32,000 bases of DNA from Candidatus Hadarchaeales archaeon (GCA_038823825.1 JAWBCC010000001.1:150001-182000), one strand, 5' to 3'; numbered from the stretch's first letter, positions 1-9,042 are shown. Translations and numbers: made by a program. Notes: generated by a model not told the origin, from the letters alone.

Positions 1-2394
1 AGAACAAATGAGAACGACCTGAGCGAAGTTTGGCTTAGAATCTGGTGGGAGAACATTTATGAAAACAATGTTGTTGAAAATGCCGCCGTGAGATATCGGA
101 TGTCAAAAGAAAGCTCGGATGGGACGTACGAATACTGGGTTACCACAATTCCCGCTCCGGGAAGGCCGGCAAGAATGTGGTATAGGTTCTATCTCGTTGA
201 CAACGGCGGAACGGGCACATACAGCTGGGACATCTGGCAAAATCCGGTGAATATAGGAACGCAGGTGGACATCGATAGTTACGCCGATGACACTTTTCCG
301 AGGAACGGAGGAACAGGAAAAATGTATGATTTTCCGCAAACTAGAACGGAGAGCACAGTTCAGCCTGTGGACAACTATGACTTCATGATCATCTTTTACG
401 AAAACATACCGCCAGCCGCTGTTTCTCTTATTTCGCCAGAGAACGACGCTTTGCTGACATCGGTTCCGACCTTACGCTGGACGGCGTCAGTAGATCCGCA
501 ACCATCCTCCGGTCTCGGATATCGCCTTCAGATTTCTAAAGTTTCCGACTTTTCCACAACTGTTGTTGATATATATGTGAAAGAAAACTCTTATCAGCCG
601 AGCATCGGAGAAGGAGTATACTTCTGGAGGGTTAGAGCAGAAGACTATGATGGAAACGCGAGCAACTGGTCGGAGGTCAGACGCTTTCGGCTAGATCTCG
701 GACCACCACCGGCTCCAACGCCGATTTCTCCGCCCGATAACTTCTGCACAAAAGAAAATCGAATAACCTTAAGCTGGACGAGAGTTCCGGATGCATCAGA
801 GCCGGTTCTGTATCGTGTCGCTCTGAGTGATGATGCAGGTTTTCCATACGAAAACTTCACATCCGGCTGGGTCATGGAGAATAGCTGGCAGGTTGAGCTT
901 CCCGAGGGAATATGGTACTGGAGAGTTTGCGCGAAGGACAACCTCGACCAGATCGGTGAGAATTCCGTGACCAAAAGATTTATCGTCGACATTACTCCAC
1001 CACAACCACCAGAGATCTTGTATCCTGAAAATGGTGAAAGCGTGAATGTGAGGAGACCAACACTCAGATGGTCGACTGTGACCGACGTAAGCATGCCTGT
1101 GACGTACGATCTTCAACTGAGTGGCTCCCCAACTTTCTCTACCCTTATCGTAGACAATTCTGGTCTCACGGAGAACTCGTATACTCTCACAATCGACCTA
1201 GAGGAAAGGGTTTACTACTGGAGAGTGAGAGCGAAGGACAATGCCGGAAATCTGAGTGATTGGGTTGTGTCCTCTTTCATTGTTGATCTCACGGCGCTAC
1301 CAGCCCCCACGGGCCTCTCCCCCACGGGTTTCATCAACACGAAAAGACCGCAGTTCCGTTGGTCTCCTGTACAAAGCATTTTTGATGTGGTGTACATCTT
1401 TGAACTCGATGATAGCCAAGACTTCTCAAGTCCTCTCGTGGTCGAAAACGCTCTAACAGATACTTCTTACCAGCTTCAGTTTGATCTATCAGATGGAAAA
1501 TATTATTGGAGGGTAAGAGCGAAGACAGAATTAAAAACGGGACCAGCGGCCAGCGCATCCTTTACGGTAGATACTATACCCCCATCAGCTCCAGAGATTT
1601 TGACATCCTTGCCGGCCAGCACTAGGGTTAGGAGATGGATGATAGTTGGAACAGCGGAGGCGAATGCAACCGTTCAGTGTTTTGTTAACGATTCCCTAGT
1701 TGCGGAAAATGTGGCAGAGAATGGAAGCTTCACGCTGTGGGTTACCTTCCAACTCGGACAGAATAGCGTAAAGTTCAGAGCCGTTGACAGAGCAGGAAAC
1801 GCGAGCGTCTTTACGTCTTCGATCGGAATTAAGGTTACCGGAGGACTCGGAATTCGTCTGACTGCAGACCGACTCCAAGCAGGAGTTGAGCGTGCCTTCG
1901 CACTAGTCGGATATCAAACAAGCATTCAAGAAATAAGAGTGAAGACAAATAAGGATGTCGCTGCTCCGGCGATTTACGTCGAAGAGCTTATGCCCTGGGA
2001 AAACTGGGTTGAAGTTCCTTTGCCCAAGCGTGCAAAGGTTTACCGAGTCTTCGTCGTGGAGTCTACCGTACCTGCCGGAGATATCGCAGAAGTGAAGTTT
2101 TCTTTCAGGGTCGAGCTCAGCTGGCTCGAGAAGAATGGACTCTCGACACGTGACATAAGGTTATTGCGTTATGACGGAGACTGGAAGGAAATATCCACCA
2201 GTTATGCCGGGAAGGACGCCACTTACGCATATTACTCGGCTAAAGCAACCGGGCTGTCTTGGTTTGCCATCACTTCACCGCCATCAACACCTCTAATAGA
2301 ATACGTCACAATTGCTGTTCTCTTCTGCGTAGGTGCAGTAGTCGGTTTCTTCCTCAGCTCAAAAATTTTCAAAAGGTCGGGAAAACGTCAATAG
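1..2394 (+). CDS. Cell-surface repeat protein, 5'-partial: 4x 'YYWRVRA' beta-sandwich modules, an Ig-like segment, a PGF-pre-PGF-type domain and a C-terminal TM anchor
   Basis: Frame 1 has no stop from nt 1; RTNENDLSEVWLRIWWENIYENNVVENAA precedes the GTG at 88. There is no SD or signal peptide at 88, so the true start probably lies upstream of the window. Four ~97-aa tandem modules each end in [YFW][YFW]WRV[RC]A.D..G..S.W. A PGF-pre-PGF-like block is present (VKFSFRVELSWLEKNGLSTRDIRLLRYDGDWKEISTSY..YAYYSAKATGLSWFAI). A P/S/T linker follows, then a TM helix (VTIAVLFCVGAVVGFFL) and a basic tail (KRSGKRQ). Confidence 0.85.
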   Translation, partial: RTNENDLSEVWLRIWWENIYENNVVENAAVRYRMSKESSDGTYEYWVTTIPAPGRPARMWYRFYLVDNGGTGTYSWDIWQNPVNIGTQVDIDSYADDTFPRNGGTGKMYDFPQTRTESTVQPVDNYDFMIIFYENIPPAAVSLISPENDALLTSVPTLRWTASVDPQPSSGLGYRLQISKVSDFSTTVVDIYVKENSYQPSIGEGVYFWRVRAEDYDGNASNWSEVRRFRLDLGPPPAPTPISPPDNFCTKENRITLSWTRVPDASEPVLYRVALSDDAGFPYENFTSGWVMENSWQVELPEGIWYWRVCAKDNLDQIGENSVTKRFIVDITPPQPPEILYPENGESVNVRRPTLRWSTVTDVSMPVTYDLQLSGSPTFSTLIVDNSGLTENSYTLTIDLEERVYYWRVRAKDNAGNLSDWVVSSFIVDLTALPAPTGLSPTGFINTKRPQFRWSPVQSIFDVVYIFELDDSQDFSSPLVVENALTDTSYQLQFDLSDGKYYWRVRAKTELKTGPAASASFTVDTIPPSAPEILTSLPASTRVRRWMIVGTAEANATVQCFVNDSLVAENVAENGSFTLWVTFQLGQNSVKFRAVDRAGNASVFTSSIGIKVTGGLGIRLTADRLQAGVERAFALVGYQTSIQEIRVKTNKDVAAPAIYVEELMPWENWVEVPLPKRAKVYRVFVVESTVPAGDIAEVKFSFRVELSWLEKNGLSTRDIRLLRYDGDWKEISTSYAGKDATYAYYSAKATGLSWFAITSPPSTPLIEYVTIAVLFCVGAVVGFFLSSKIFKRSGKRQ
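406..1590 (+). repeat. Four tandem protein-level repeats (~97 aa, ~290 nt each) of the YYWRVRA module
   Basis: Repeat cores: PTLRWTAS..YRLQISKVSDFS..GVYFWRVRAEDYDGNASNWS; ITLSWTRV..YRVALSDDAGF..GIWYWRVCAKDNLDQIGENS; PTLRWSTV..YDLQLSGSPTFS..RVYYWRVRAKDNAGNLSDW; PQFRWSPV..YIFELDDSQDFS..GKYYWRVRAKTELKTG. Each is separated by Pro-rich linkers (PPPAPTP, PPQPPE, LPAPTG, PPSAPE). Confidence 0.85.
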
Positions 2395-5300
2395 TTTGAC
2401 CTCCGTAGCCTACGTAATTGGCTCCAATGCTCCATCGCTCGTCGTTTATGAGGGGTTTGAACTCGAATCTCTGACCATCTGGGATTTGGTTCGTCTCCCA
2501 GACCCAGATGTTTCCCTCAGTCCAGGTTGCTGGTAGCCCGACGCTCCAGGAAAGAGGAGGCGTGTCTCCTCTTATGTAGATTGAATTTCCCCACCCAACG
2601 TCGTAGTGAACTCTGATCGTTGTCGTTGAATAAGTCGGCTGCGGAGGTGGAGCACCTCTCGAATAATTCTCGCGTACCACGTTGGAGTAAATCTTTCCTT
2701 CCTTTGCGCTCAAGCTTACAGTTATTTTTCCATCGCTTCCAACTGTCACTTTGTCGTCCGTGTTCAGCAAGTTAACAAGCTCTGTGCCCGGTGGCAGCGG
2801 AACGGAAATGGAGAGAGTTCTGTTACTCCAAGAGTTATTCAAGATGACTATCGCTTGTTCGTTTTGATAAACTCTGCGGTAGGCGTAAACGGAAGTTTCT
2901 TTATAAAGTTCATACTGTGGGCCGCGCGAGATTGCTGGATATCTCTGTCTTATTTCGTTCAACCGTTTTATGTGGAGATATATCGGCGTCATGTTGAAGG
3001 ATGGCATCATCCCCCTGTTGTTTGGATCCGCTCCACCGGAAAGTCCTTGCTCTGTGCCGTAGAAGAGAGAAGGAACGCCACGGCACGTTAGGAGGAACGT
3101 CAGCGCAAGCTTCAGTCTCTGGTTGTCTCCACCTGCTACATACAAGAATCTCTCAATGTCGTGGCTCTCGAAAGATGTAACCAAACGAGATGGATTGGGA
3201 TAGTTGATATCCTGCGCGAGAATCGAAGAAATTCTGTCAAAAGATTGCTCACTGGCGAAGACATCTCTAGCGGCAAACATGAGTGGGAAATCCTGAAAGC
3301 CCCAGAGTGGACCGTCTTTCCAGTGTTGCGCTAGAACTGATGGATCTCCATACCAAGATTCCCCGAAGCACGGAATCCCCACGTTTTCTTGGAATTCTCT
3401 TCTAAAGTTATCCGGTACATGTTTACTCGCATCAAATCTAAACGCGGCAAAGCCGACCTCATTCTTCCAGTAGTTATAAACCTTGAAAAGCTCCAATTTC
3501 ACTTCCGGAATTTCCTGAGCGAGGTCGTCCAGTCCTCCCCACACATTTGGCTGTCTTATGTTGCCTCTGAGGTCATGGTAGATCCTCTGGAATGGGTCAT
3601 CCCAATCTTCAATGTGTCCATAGTTGTGATACCACTGCAAATTGTCGAAGGGTGGAGCAGGCTTGAGTTCCGGTGACCGAGTTTCGTCTCTATTTCTCCA
3701 ACGTCGCGTACCGGGAGCATCATACAGAAAGTCTCCCGTATGATTGGGTATAGCTTCGGTCACAACCGCAATCCCCATATCGCTCGCTTTTCTCACCAGC
3801 TCTTTCAACTTTTCCAAATCTCCGAAGTGAGGCTCGGGTTTATAGAAGTCGTACGGCCAGTAGCCGTGATATCCAGCCGAGTTTCCAGGAACGTCTAGCC
3901 ACTGGTTCCAATGTACGGAAGATATCCAGATCGCAGTTACTCCGAGGTGCTTGATGTACGCCAGCTTGTCTATGATCCCCTGCCAGTCGCCACCCTGATA
4001 GAAGAAGAGGTTGCCGGGACGGTATTCTCCATAACCAAAGTTGTCATTAGATGGATCTCCATTCGCAAACCTATCAGTCATGATCTGATATATCACATCG
4101 CTCTCGTCGAAAATGTTGTCAGATCGGCGCTCGAAGAGGCTTATTCCTCTACATTTGTTTGGTTTTCTTATCCTAAGGAGATCTGCGACCGTCGGTGCAA
4201 TGTCAACGATTTCTGCTCCGAGGACTTTTCTTTTCTCTATGCCCGACCCGGAAACGATGATGGGAATAGCCATGTCTCCAAGTTCTATGCTCCCATGATT
4301 GGTCCCTGTCATCCCATGATCGCTGACAATTATGAGGATTGTGTTTTCATAGAGTCCCAAATTTTTCAGATTCTCCACAAGTATTCCAATCGCCGCATCC
4401 GCTCGCTCTATAGCTTGCCTATACTGTTGGCTTTCATGACCATAACTGTGCCCGGTTGAATCGACCATCGGAAGAAGAACAAACATTAAGGTTGGTTTAT
4501 GCTGGATGAATATCTTGATCGCGTTTTCCATTACTCTGATGTCAGCATATGGATCCCCTATCGCACGGTAGTCCACATCGTTCTTGACCCAAGTTACGCC
4601 TCTTTCCAGTCCAGCTATCCTGCCGCCCTTCCCGTCGAGGAGAGCAGTTCGATAGCCGTAACTTTCAGCAACCTCAAAAATCGTTTCTGCCTCTAAAGTG
4701 TCTCCAGAGGTTTCGTAACAATGATCCTCAGGATATGCTCCTGTGAAGAGTGATGCGTGAGCTACCGGGGTGGTGGACGGGTAAACCGTCACACCGAGCC
4801 AGTTATAGAGAGCGTTTTCGGCGAGCATGTCTATGTAAGGCGTGTTAGCTTCCAGAAGAATATCGGGACGACATCCATCTATGGTGATGATTATGACGTG
4901 TTTTCCAAATTGTAATTGCACATTTTCTGCGAGGACGGTAAAGGTCCAGATCGCCGACCATTCTCGAGCAACATTTTCCACTACCCTCGCAACTCTCCAG
5001 AAGTAAACGCCCGGAGAAAGCTGTAAAATCAGGCTGTTTTCAGCAAGCAGAAGATTCTCGATTGGAACGGAGAAATCGTCAAGTCCGCTGAGCTGGAAGA
5101 GGTAGGAAGCATCATTCTCTCCAACCCACGTGAAGAAAATAGTGTTTTCTGTCAGTATGGAACCGTTTTCAGGCAGAAGCAGGAAGAGAGTTGGAGGAAT
5201 ATTTTCCACAGCCACCCTAAAGTTCCATATGCTTGACCATTTGCCAATTCTACCCGCGTTCTCAATTCTGACCCTCCAGTAGTAGGTGCCGGGGGAAGGC

Positions 5301-5857
5301 AGGCTAATCTGCATTGAGAAAGTGTTTACGAGATTATCCACTATCGGATTCTGGAAGAGAATGGATGTGGCAACTTGAACCCTGAAGGAAACATTTTGCG
5401 GTCCACTCCATCCAAGAGTCACTGTCAGCGAACGAATTTCGGCGGAATTCTCAGGACTTTGCAGAGTTGGTATAACCGGTTCGTAGACAACTATTCTTCT
5501 AACGTCTGACCAGGAGCTGAAATCTTTTCCTTTTTCTGTTCTGACTCTCCAGTAGTAGGTACCCGGTCCAGGTAAGTGTAAGGAGACATTTCCGGTTTCT
5601 AAATCCTCGAATTCCATCAGAATCGCGGAAAAGTTCTGATCTTGGCTGATTTGTACCCTGTATTTCACTCCCTCCATAATCGCCCAACTGAGAGTAATCT
5701 GTTCGTTCTCTGTTTCGAGAAGATCGGGCGTGAGAACATAAGGCGGGGAGAGCGTGACTTTCCCTTTAGACATCAAATAAAAAGAACCGCTGATTGAAGC
5801 AGCGACACAAACCAGCGAAACGGCTATCGCAAGCCATTTCTCCAACGATCTCCCCAC
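2369..5857 (-). CDS. Secreted or membrane-anchored multidomain enzyme: 3x YYWRVR modules, an NPP/alkaline-phosphatase-superfamily phosphodiesterase, a GH13 alpha-amylase catalytic domain and a C-terminal CBM20-like beta-sandwich
   Basis: GTG start followed by an N-terminal hydrophobic signal/anchor (WLAIAVSLVCVAASISGSF). NPP motifs: VIIITIDGCRPD, YPSTTPVAHASLFTGAYPEDH, VDSTGHSYGH, VSDHGM. GH13 regions: YQIMTDRFANGD, EAIPNHTG (I), AFRFDASKHV (II), FGESWYG (III), FESHDIERF (IV). C-terminus: IRVHYDVGWGNSIYIRGDTPPLSWSVGLPATW..NIWVWE..FEFKPLINDERWSIGANY, which resembles a starch-binding module. Confidence 0.85.
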   Translation of the reverse strand: MGRSLEKWLAIAVSLVCVAASISGSFYLMSKGKVTLSPPYVLTPDLLETENEQITLSWAIMEGVKYRVQISQDQNFSAILMEFEDLETGNVSLHLPGPGTYYWRVRTEKGKDFSSWSDVRRIVVYEPVIPTLQSPENSAEIRSLTVTLGWSGPQNVSFRVQVATSILFQNPIVDNLVNTFSMQISLPSPGTYYWRVRIENAGRIGKWSSIWNFRVAVENIPPTLFLLLPENGSILTENTIFFTWVGENDASYLFQLSGLDDFSVPIENLLLAENSLILQLSPGVYFWRVARVVENVAREWSAIWTFTVLAENVQLQFGKHVIIITIDGCRPDILLEANTPYIDMLAENALYNWLGVTVYPSTTPVAHASLFTGAYPEDHCYETSGDTLEAETIFEVAESYGYRTALLDGKGGRIAGLERGVTWVKNDVDYRAIGDPYADIRVMENAIKIFIQHKPTLMFVLLPMVDSTGHSYGHESQQYRQAIERADAAIGILVENLKNLGLYENTILIIVSDHGMTGTNHGSIELGDMAIPIIVSGSGIEKRKVLGAEIVDIAPTVADLLRIRKPNKCRGISLFERRSDNIFDESDVIYQIMTDRFANGDPSNDNFGYGEYRPGNLFFYQGGDWQGIIDKLAYIKHLGVTAIWISSVHWNQWLDVPGNSAGYHGYWPYDFYKPEPHFGDLEKLKELVRKASDMGIAVVTEAIPNHTGDFLYDAPGTRRWRNRDETRSPELKPAPPFDNLQWYHNYGHIEDWDDPFQRIYHDLRGNIRQPNVWGGLDDLAQEIPEVKLELFKVYNYWKNEVGFAAFRFDASKHVPDNFRREFQENVGIPCFGESWYGDPSVLAQHWKDGPLWGFQDFPLMFAARDVFASEQSFDRISSILAQDINYPNPSRLVTSFESHDIERFLYVAGGDNQRLKLALTFLLTCRGVPSLFYGTEQGLSGGADPNNRGMMPSFNMTPIYLHIKRLNEIRQRYPAISRGPQYELYKETSVYAYRRVYQNEQAIVILNNSWSNRTLSISVPLPPGTELVNLLNTDDKVTVGSDGKITVSLSAKEGKIYSNVVRENYSRGAPPPQPTYSTTTIRVHYDVGWGNSIYIRGDTPPLSWSVGLPATWTEGNIWVWETNQIPDGQRFEFKPLINDERWSIGANYVGYGGQTIDVFPTF
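4922..5752 (-). repeat. Three tandem YYWRVR modules at the N-terminus of the amylase fusion, the same family as in the neighbouring gene
   Basis: ITLSWAI..YRVQISQDQNFS..GTYYWRVRTEKGKDFSSWS; VTLGWSG..FRVQVATSILFQ..GTYYWRVRIENAGRIGKWS; IFFTWVG..YLFQLSGLDDFS..GVYFWRVARVVENVAREWS. Confidence 0.8.
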
Positions 5858-5875
5858 AATTTTGTGTTCAGATGT

Positions 5876-5925
5876 TCTATTAATCGTTTCGCAAAATTTT
5901 TCGCAGTTTACTCCATTTTTAAATA
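5876..5925. promoter_or_regulatory. Compact divergent promoter region: two TATA-like boxes flanking a TTTCGCA-N5-TTTCGCA direct repeat
   Basis: 'tctattaat' (5876-5884; reads ATTAATAGA on the minus strand) lies ~23 nt from the GTG at 5857. 'tttttaaata' (5916-5925) lies ~30 nt upstream of the glgA ATG at 5954. TTTCGCA occurs at 5887-5893 and 5899-5905, a 12-nt period. Confidence 0.4.
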
Positions 5926-5953
5926 GGTTTAGCGGTTAGTTTTGTGGAGGATC

Positions 5954-7117
5954 ATGAGAATAGGGGTATTGAGCTGGGAATCCCTTTACACGCTGCAGGT
6001 TGGAGGACTGGGAGTAGTCGCGACAAGGCTCTGCGAAGAGCTGGCAAAAGCCGGCCACGAGGTTTACATGTTCACGCGTGGAGCTCCCGGACAACCGAGC
6101 TACATGTACATAAACGGCGTGAACTATTACATCTGCGAATTTGATCCCGGTATGAACTGTGTGCAGTTTGCATATAACATGTCCATGTCGATGGTGAAAA
6201 CTCTCCGGGAGGTCGAGAAATATGAGGGCAAGTTTGACATAATTCACGGACATGACTGGATGGTTGTCGATGCGCTAGATAAACTCAAGAAAGAGGGATA
6301 TCCCGCCGTGCTTACTTTCCATTCCACAGAATACGGAAGAAATGGTTCAAAGTTTGGTGATTGGTGGGAATTCCGTGAAATCTCGAAGAAAGAGTGGTGG
6401 GGTGGACAGATCTCGGATGTGGTGACTACCGTCTCGAACGCGATGAAAGGCGAGTTGAACTGGTTATATAAAATTCCTATGAACAAAATCGAAGTAATAC
6501 CTAATGCCGTCGATCCGGCAAAGTATCAGCTAAACGTAGATCCGGCTGAAGTCAAAAAGAGATACGGAATAGATCCCTCCTCTCCCGTGATTCACTTTGT
6601 GGGCAGAATGGAATATCAGAAAGGACCGGATCTTCTCGTCGAGGCAATACCGAAAGTCTTAGAGGCCCATCCCCAAGCTAGATTCATATTTTCCGGGAGC
6701 GGTGGCATGAAGGGCTACCTCGAGCAGAGGGCCAGAGAACTGGGAATTTCGCATGCCACCAGATTTCTCGGTTTTGTTCCTTATCGCGAGTTTCTAGAAA
6801 TATTGAACGCCTGCGATATCGTTTGCTTGCCGAGCAGAAACGAGCCATTTGGGATAGCTCTCCTCGAAGCTTGGGCGGCCGGTAAGCCTGTTGTTGCAAC
6901 GGATGTTGGGGGTTTGGGAGAGAATATAGAAAACTTTGTAGATGGTGTAAAAGTATTTCCATGGCCTGAGTCTATTGCTTGGGGGATAAACTATCTGCTC
7001 GAGTCTGCAGACGGAAGGGAATTTGTGGCTCGTGGTGGAAGAGAAAAAGTTAAAAAGTTTTCATGGGCTAACTCTCTCGCTAAATTGCTCAAGGTCTATG
7101 AAAGAGTGCTCGGTTGA
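5954..7117 (+). CDS. glgA: Glycogen/alpha-glucan synthase (GT-B, GT4/GT5-like)
   Basis: [41 protein letters not shown] is an N-terminal (K/Q)xGGL-type motif. The C-terminal EX7E region is [32 protein letters not shown] 5954 is preferred over the track's TTG at 5942. Confidence 0.8.
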   Translation: MRIGVLSWESLYTLQVGGLGVVATRLCEELAKAGHEVYMFTRGAPGQPSYMYINGVNYYICEFDPGMNCVQFAYNMSMSMVKTLREVEKYEGKFDIIHGHDWMVVDALDKLKKEGYPAVLTFHSTEYGRNGSKFGDWWEFREISKKEWWGGQISDVVTTVSNAMKGELNWLYKIPMNKIEVIPNAVDPAKYQLNVDPAEVKKRYGIDPSSPVIHFVGRMEYQKGPDLLVEAIPKVLEAHPQARFIFSGSGGMKGYLEQRARELGISHATRFLGFVPYREFLEILNACDIVCLPSRNEPFGIALLEAWAAGKPVVATDVGGLGENIENFVDGVKVFPWPESIAWGINYLLESADGREFVARGGREKVKKFSWANSLAKLLKVYERVLG

Positions 7118-7121
7118 GAAA

Positions 7122-9035
7122 ATGGCAACCGTGAGGCACGACGTCAGCCGCTTCACGGATTACGACATCTATCTCTTCAAGCAAGGAAATCATTTCAAGA
7201 TATACGACAAACTTGGATGTCATCTGATGGAAGCAGACGGAGAAAAAGGTGCATACTTTGCTGTTTGGGCACCAAATGCTGAAAGGGTTTCCGTAATTGG
7301 AGATTTTAACGGTTGGAAGCCGGGCATCCATCCGCTAGCTCCGCGCTGGGATGCATCAGGGATCTGGGAAGGGTTCATTCCAGGTGTTAAGAAAGGCGAT
7401 CTCTACAAATATCACATTGAGTCAAAGTTCGGTTATAAAGCAGACAAGGCGGATCCGGTAGGTTTTTACCATGAGGTTCCGCCGAAAACCGCCTCGATAG
7501 TTTGGGATCTTGACTACAAGTGGGGTGATGATGACTGGATGAGGGAGAGAAGTAAGAAGAACTCGTTGGATGCCCCGATTGCGATTTACGAGGTTCATTT
7601 GGGTTCTTGGAGACGAGTTCCGGAGGATGGCAACAGATTTCTGACCTACAGAGAGTCTGCCAAACTTCTTGCCGATTATGTCGAGGACATGGGCTTCACT
7701 CACGTTGAACTTCTTCCAGTAATGGAGCACCCACTCTATGGCTCTTGGGGATATGAAATCACTGGTTATTTTGCTCCGACATCGAGGTACGGAACACCAC
7801 AAGATTTCATGTTTTTTGTGGATTATCTCCACCAGCGCGGTATAGGAGTATTTTTGGATTGGGTTCCCTCTCACTTTCCGATGGACGGCCATGGTCTCTA
7901 TTTCTTCGACGGAACACATCTCTATGAGCACGCAGATCCGAGAAAAGGGATTCATCCAGACTGGAAGACGGCAATCTTCAACTATGGTAGATATGAAGTG
8001 AGAAACTTTCTCATAAGCAGCGCTCTTTTCTGGCTTGACAAATATCACGCTGATGGTCTGAGAATAGACGCCGTGGCGTCCATGCTTTATTTGGATTACT
8101 CCCGCAGAAACGGTGAGTGGATTCCAAATGAGTACGGGGGTAAAGAAAACCTAGAAGCGATATATCTCATCAGAAGATTGAATGAAATTGTTTACTCGAG
8201 CTTTCCAGATGTCCAGATGATTGCGGAGGAGTCAACCGCTTGGCCGATGGTCACCAGACCAACTTATGTTGGCGGTTTAGGCTTCGGAATGAAGTGGAAA
8301 ATGGGTTGGATGCATGACACTCTCTTCTATTTCTCAAAGGATCCAATCTATCGAAAATATCATCACGACCAGCTTACTTTCAGCATGTGGTATGCTTATA
8401 CGGAGAATTTCATCCTTCCGCTTTCTCACGACGAAGTGGTTCACGGGAAGAGATCTCTTCTAGAGAAGATGCCGGGAGATGATTGGCAAAAGTTTGCCAA
8501 TCTGAGGCTTCTCTATGCCTACATGTATTCCCATCCAGGAAAGAAGCTTCTTTTCATGGGAGGGGAGTTTGGTCAGAGACGGGAATGGAACCATGAAGAG
8601 AGTTTGGACTGGCATCTCCTTCAATATGAGAGTCATGCGGGAGTCCAGCGATGGGTCAGAGATCTCAACAAATTTTACAGATCTGAGCCAGCGATGCACG
8701 AGTTGGATTTTGACCTCCAAGGATTTGAATGGATAGATTTCAGTGACTGGGAGAAAAGCATAATATCATACATCAGAAAGGGAAAATCTACAGAAGACAT
8801 AATACTGGTGGTTCTCAATTTCACTCCCGTTCCTAGGTATGATTACCGGGTGGGTGTTCCGAGAGGAGGTTTCTGGGAAGAAAAGCTGAACAGCGACGCG
8901 AAAGAGTATTGGGGTTCTGGAGTTGGCAACCTTGGAAGGGTTCAGGCCGAAGAGACCCCATTTCACGGAAGACAATATTCTGTGCGTCTGACCCTTCCTC
9001 CGCTTGCTGCGATTTTCCTAAAATCTTCAGGGTGA
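7122..9035 (+). CDS. glgB: 1,4-alpha-glucan branching enzyme (GH13, CBM48 N-terminal)
   Basis: [21 protein letters not shown] (CBM48-like); [40 protein letters not shown] (GH13 regions I-IV of GlgB). ATG 7122 lies 4 nt after the glgA stop. The track's 7023 start overlaps glgA and adds a non-homologous extension. Confidence 0.9.
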   Translation: MATVRHDVSRFTDYDIYLFKQGNHFKIYDKLGCHLMEADGEKGAYFAVWAPNAERVSVIGDFNGWKPGIHPLAPRWDASGIWEGFIPGVKKGDLYKYHIESKFGYKADKADPVGFYHEVPPKTASIVWDLDYKWGDDDWMRERSKKNSLDAPIAIYEVHLGSWRRVPEDGNRFLTYRESAKLLADYVEDMGFTHVELLPVMEHPLYGSWGYEITGYFAPTSRYGTPQDFMFFVDYLHQRGIGVFLDWVPSHFPMDGHGLYFFDGTHLYEHADPRKGIHPDWKTAIFNYGRYEVRNFLISSALFWLDKYHADGLRIDAVASMLYLDYSRRNGEWIPNEYGGKENLEAIYLIRRLNEIVYSSFPDVQMIAEESTAWPMVTRPTYVGGLGFGMKWKMGWMHDTLFYFSKDPIYRKYHHDQLTFSMWYAYTENFILPLSHDEVVHGKRSLLEKMPGDDWQKFANLRLLYAYMYSHPGKKLLFMGGEFGQRREWNHEESLDWHLLQYESHAGVQRWVRDLNKFYRSEPAMHELDFDLQGFEWIDFSDWEKSIISYIRKGKSTEDIILVVLNFTPVPRYDYRVGVPRGGFWEEKLNSDAKEYWGSGVGNLGRVQAEETPFHGRQYSVRLTLPPLAAIFLKSSG

Positions 9036-9042
9036 TGTTTTC

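Noticed and set aside
5858-5953. TrmB-type Thermococcales glycolytic/maltodextrin operator (TATCAC-N5-GTGATA) in the amylase/glycogen control region.
   Set aside because: That palindrome is not present. Only the TTTCGCA direct repeat, reported separately, was seen.
7023-7121. N-terminal extensions proposed by the ORF track: glgB from 7023, glgA from TTG 5942, mutase from TTG 16995, phosphatase from TTG 27108, formyltransferase from TTG 29711.
   Set aside because: The extensions overlap upstream genes or add residues with no family similarity. Downstream ATG codons coincide with where the conserved N-termini of the families begin and/or with better SD or TATA spacing.
7422-8048. Long antisense or alternate-frame ORFs in the track. 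Examples: 7422-8048(-), 8833-9375(-), 10146-10568(-), 10803-11228(-), 13530-13847(+), 14519-14977(-), 14809-15348(-), 16553-17032(+), 17485-17938(+), 23800-24420(+), 3911-4459(+).
   Set aside because: Each lies wholly inside a gene on the opposite strand or another frame that has strong family motifs. Their translations are low-complexity (Ser/Arg/Pro/Leu-rich), have no recognisable motifs, and lack SD or TATA signals.
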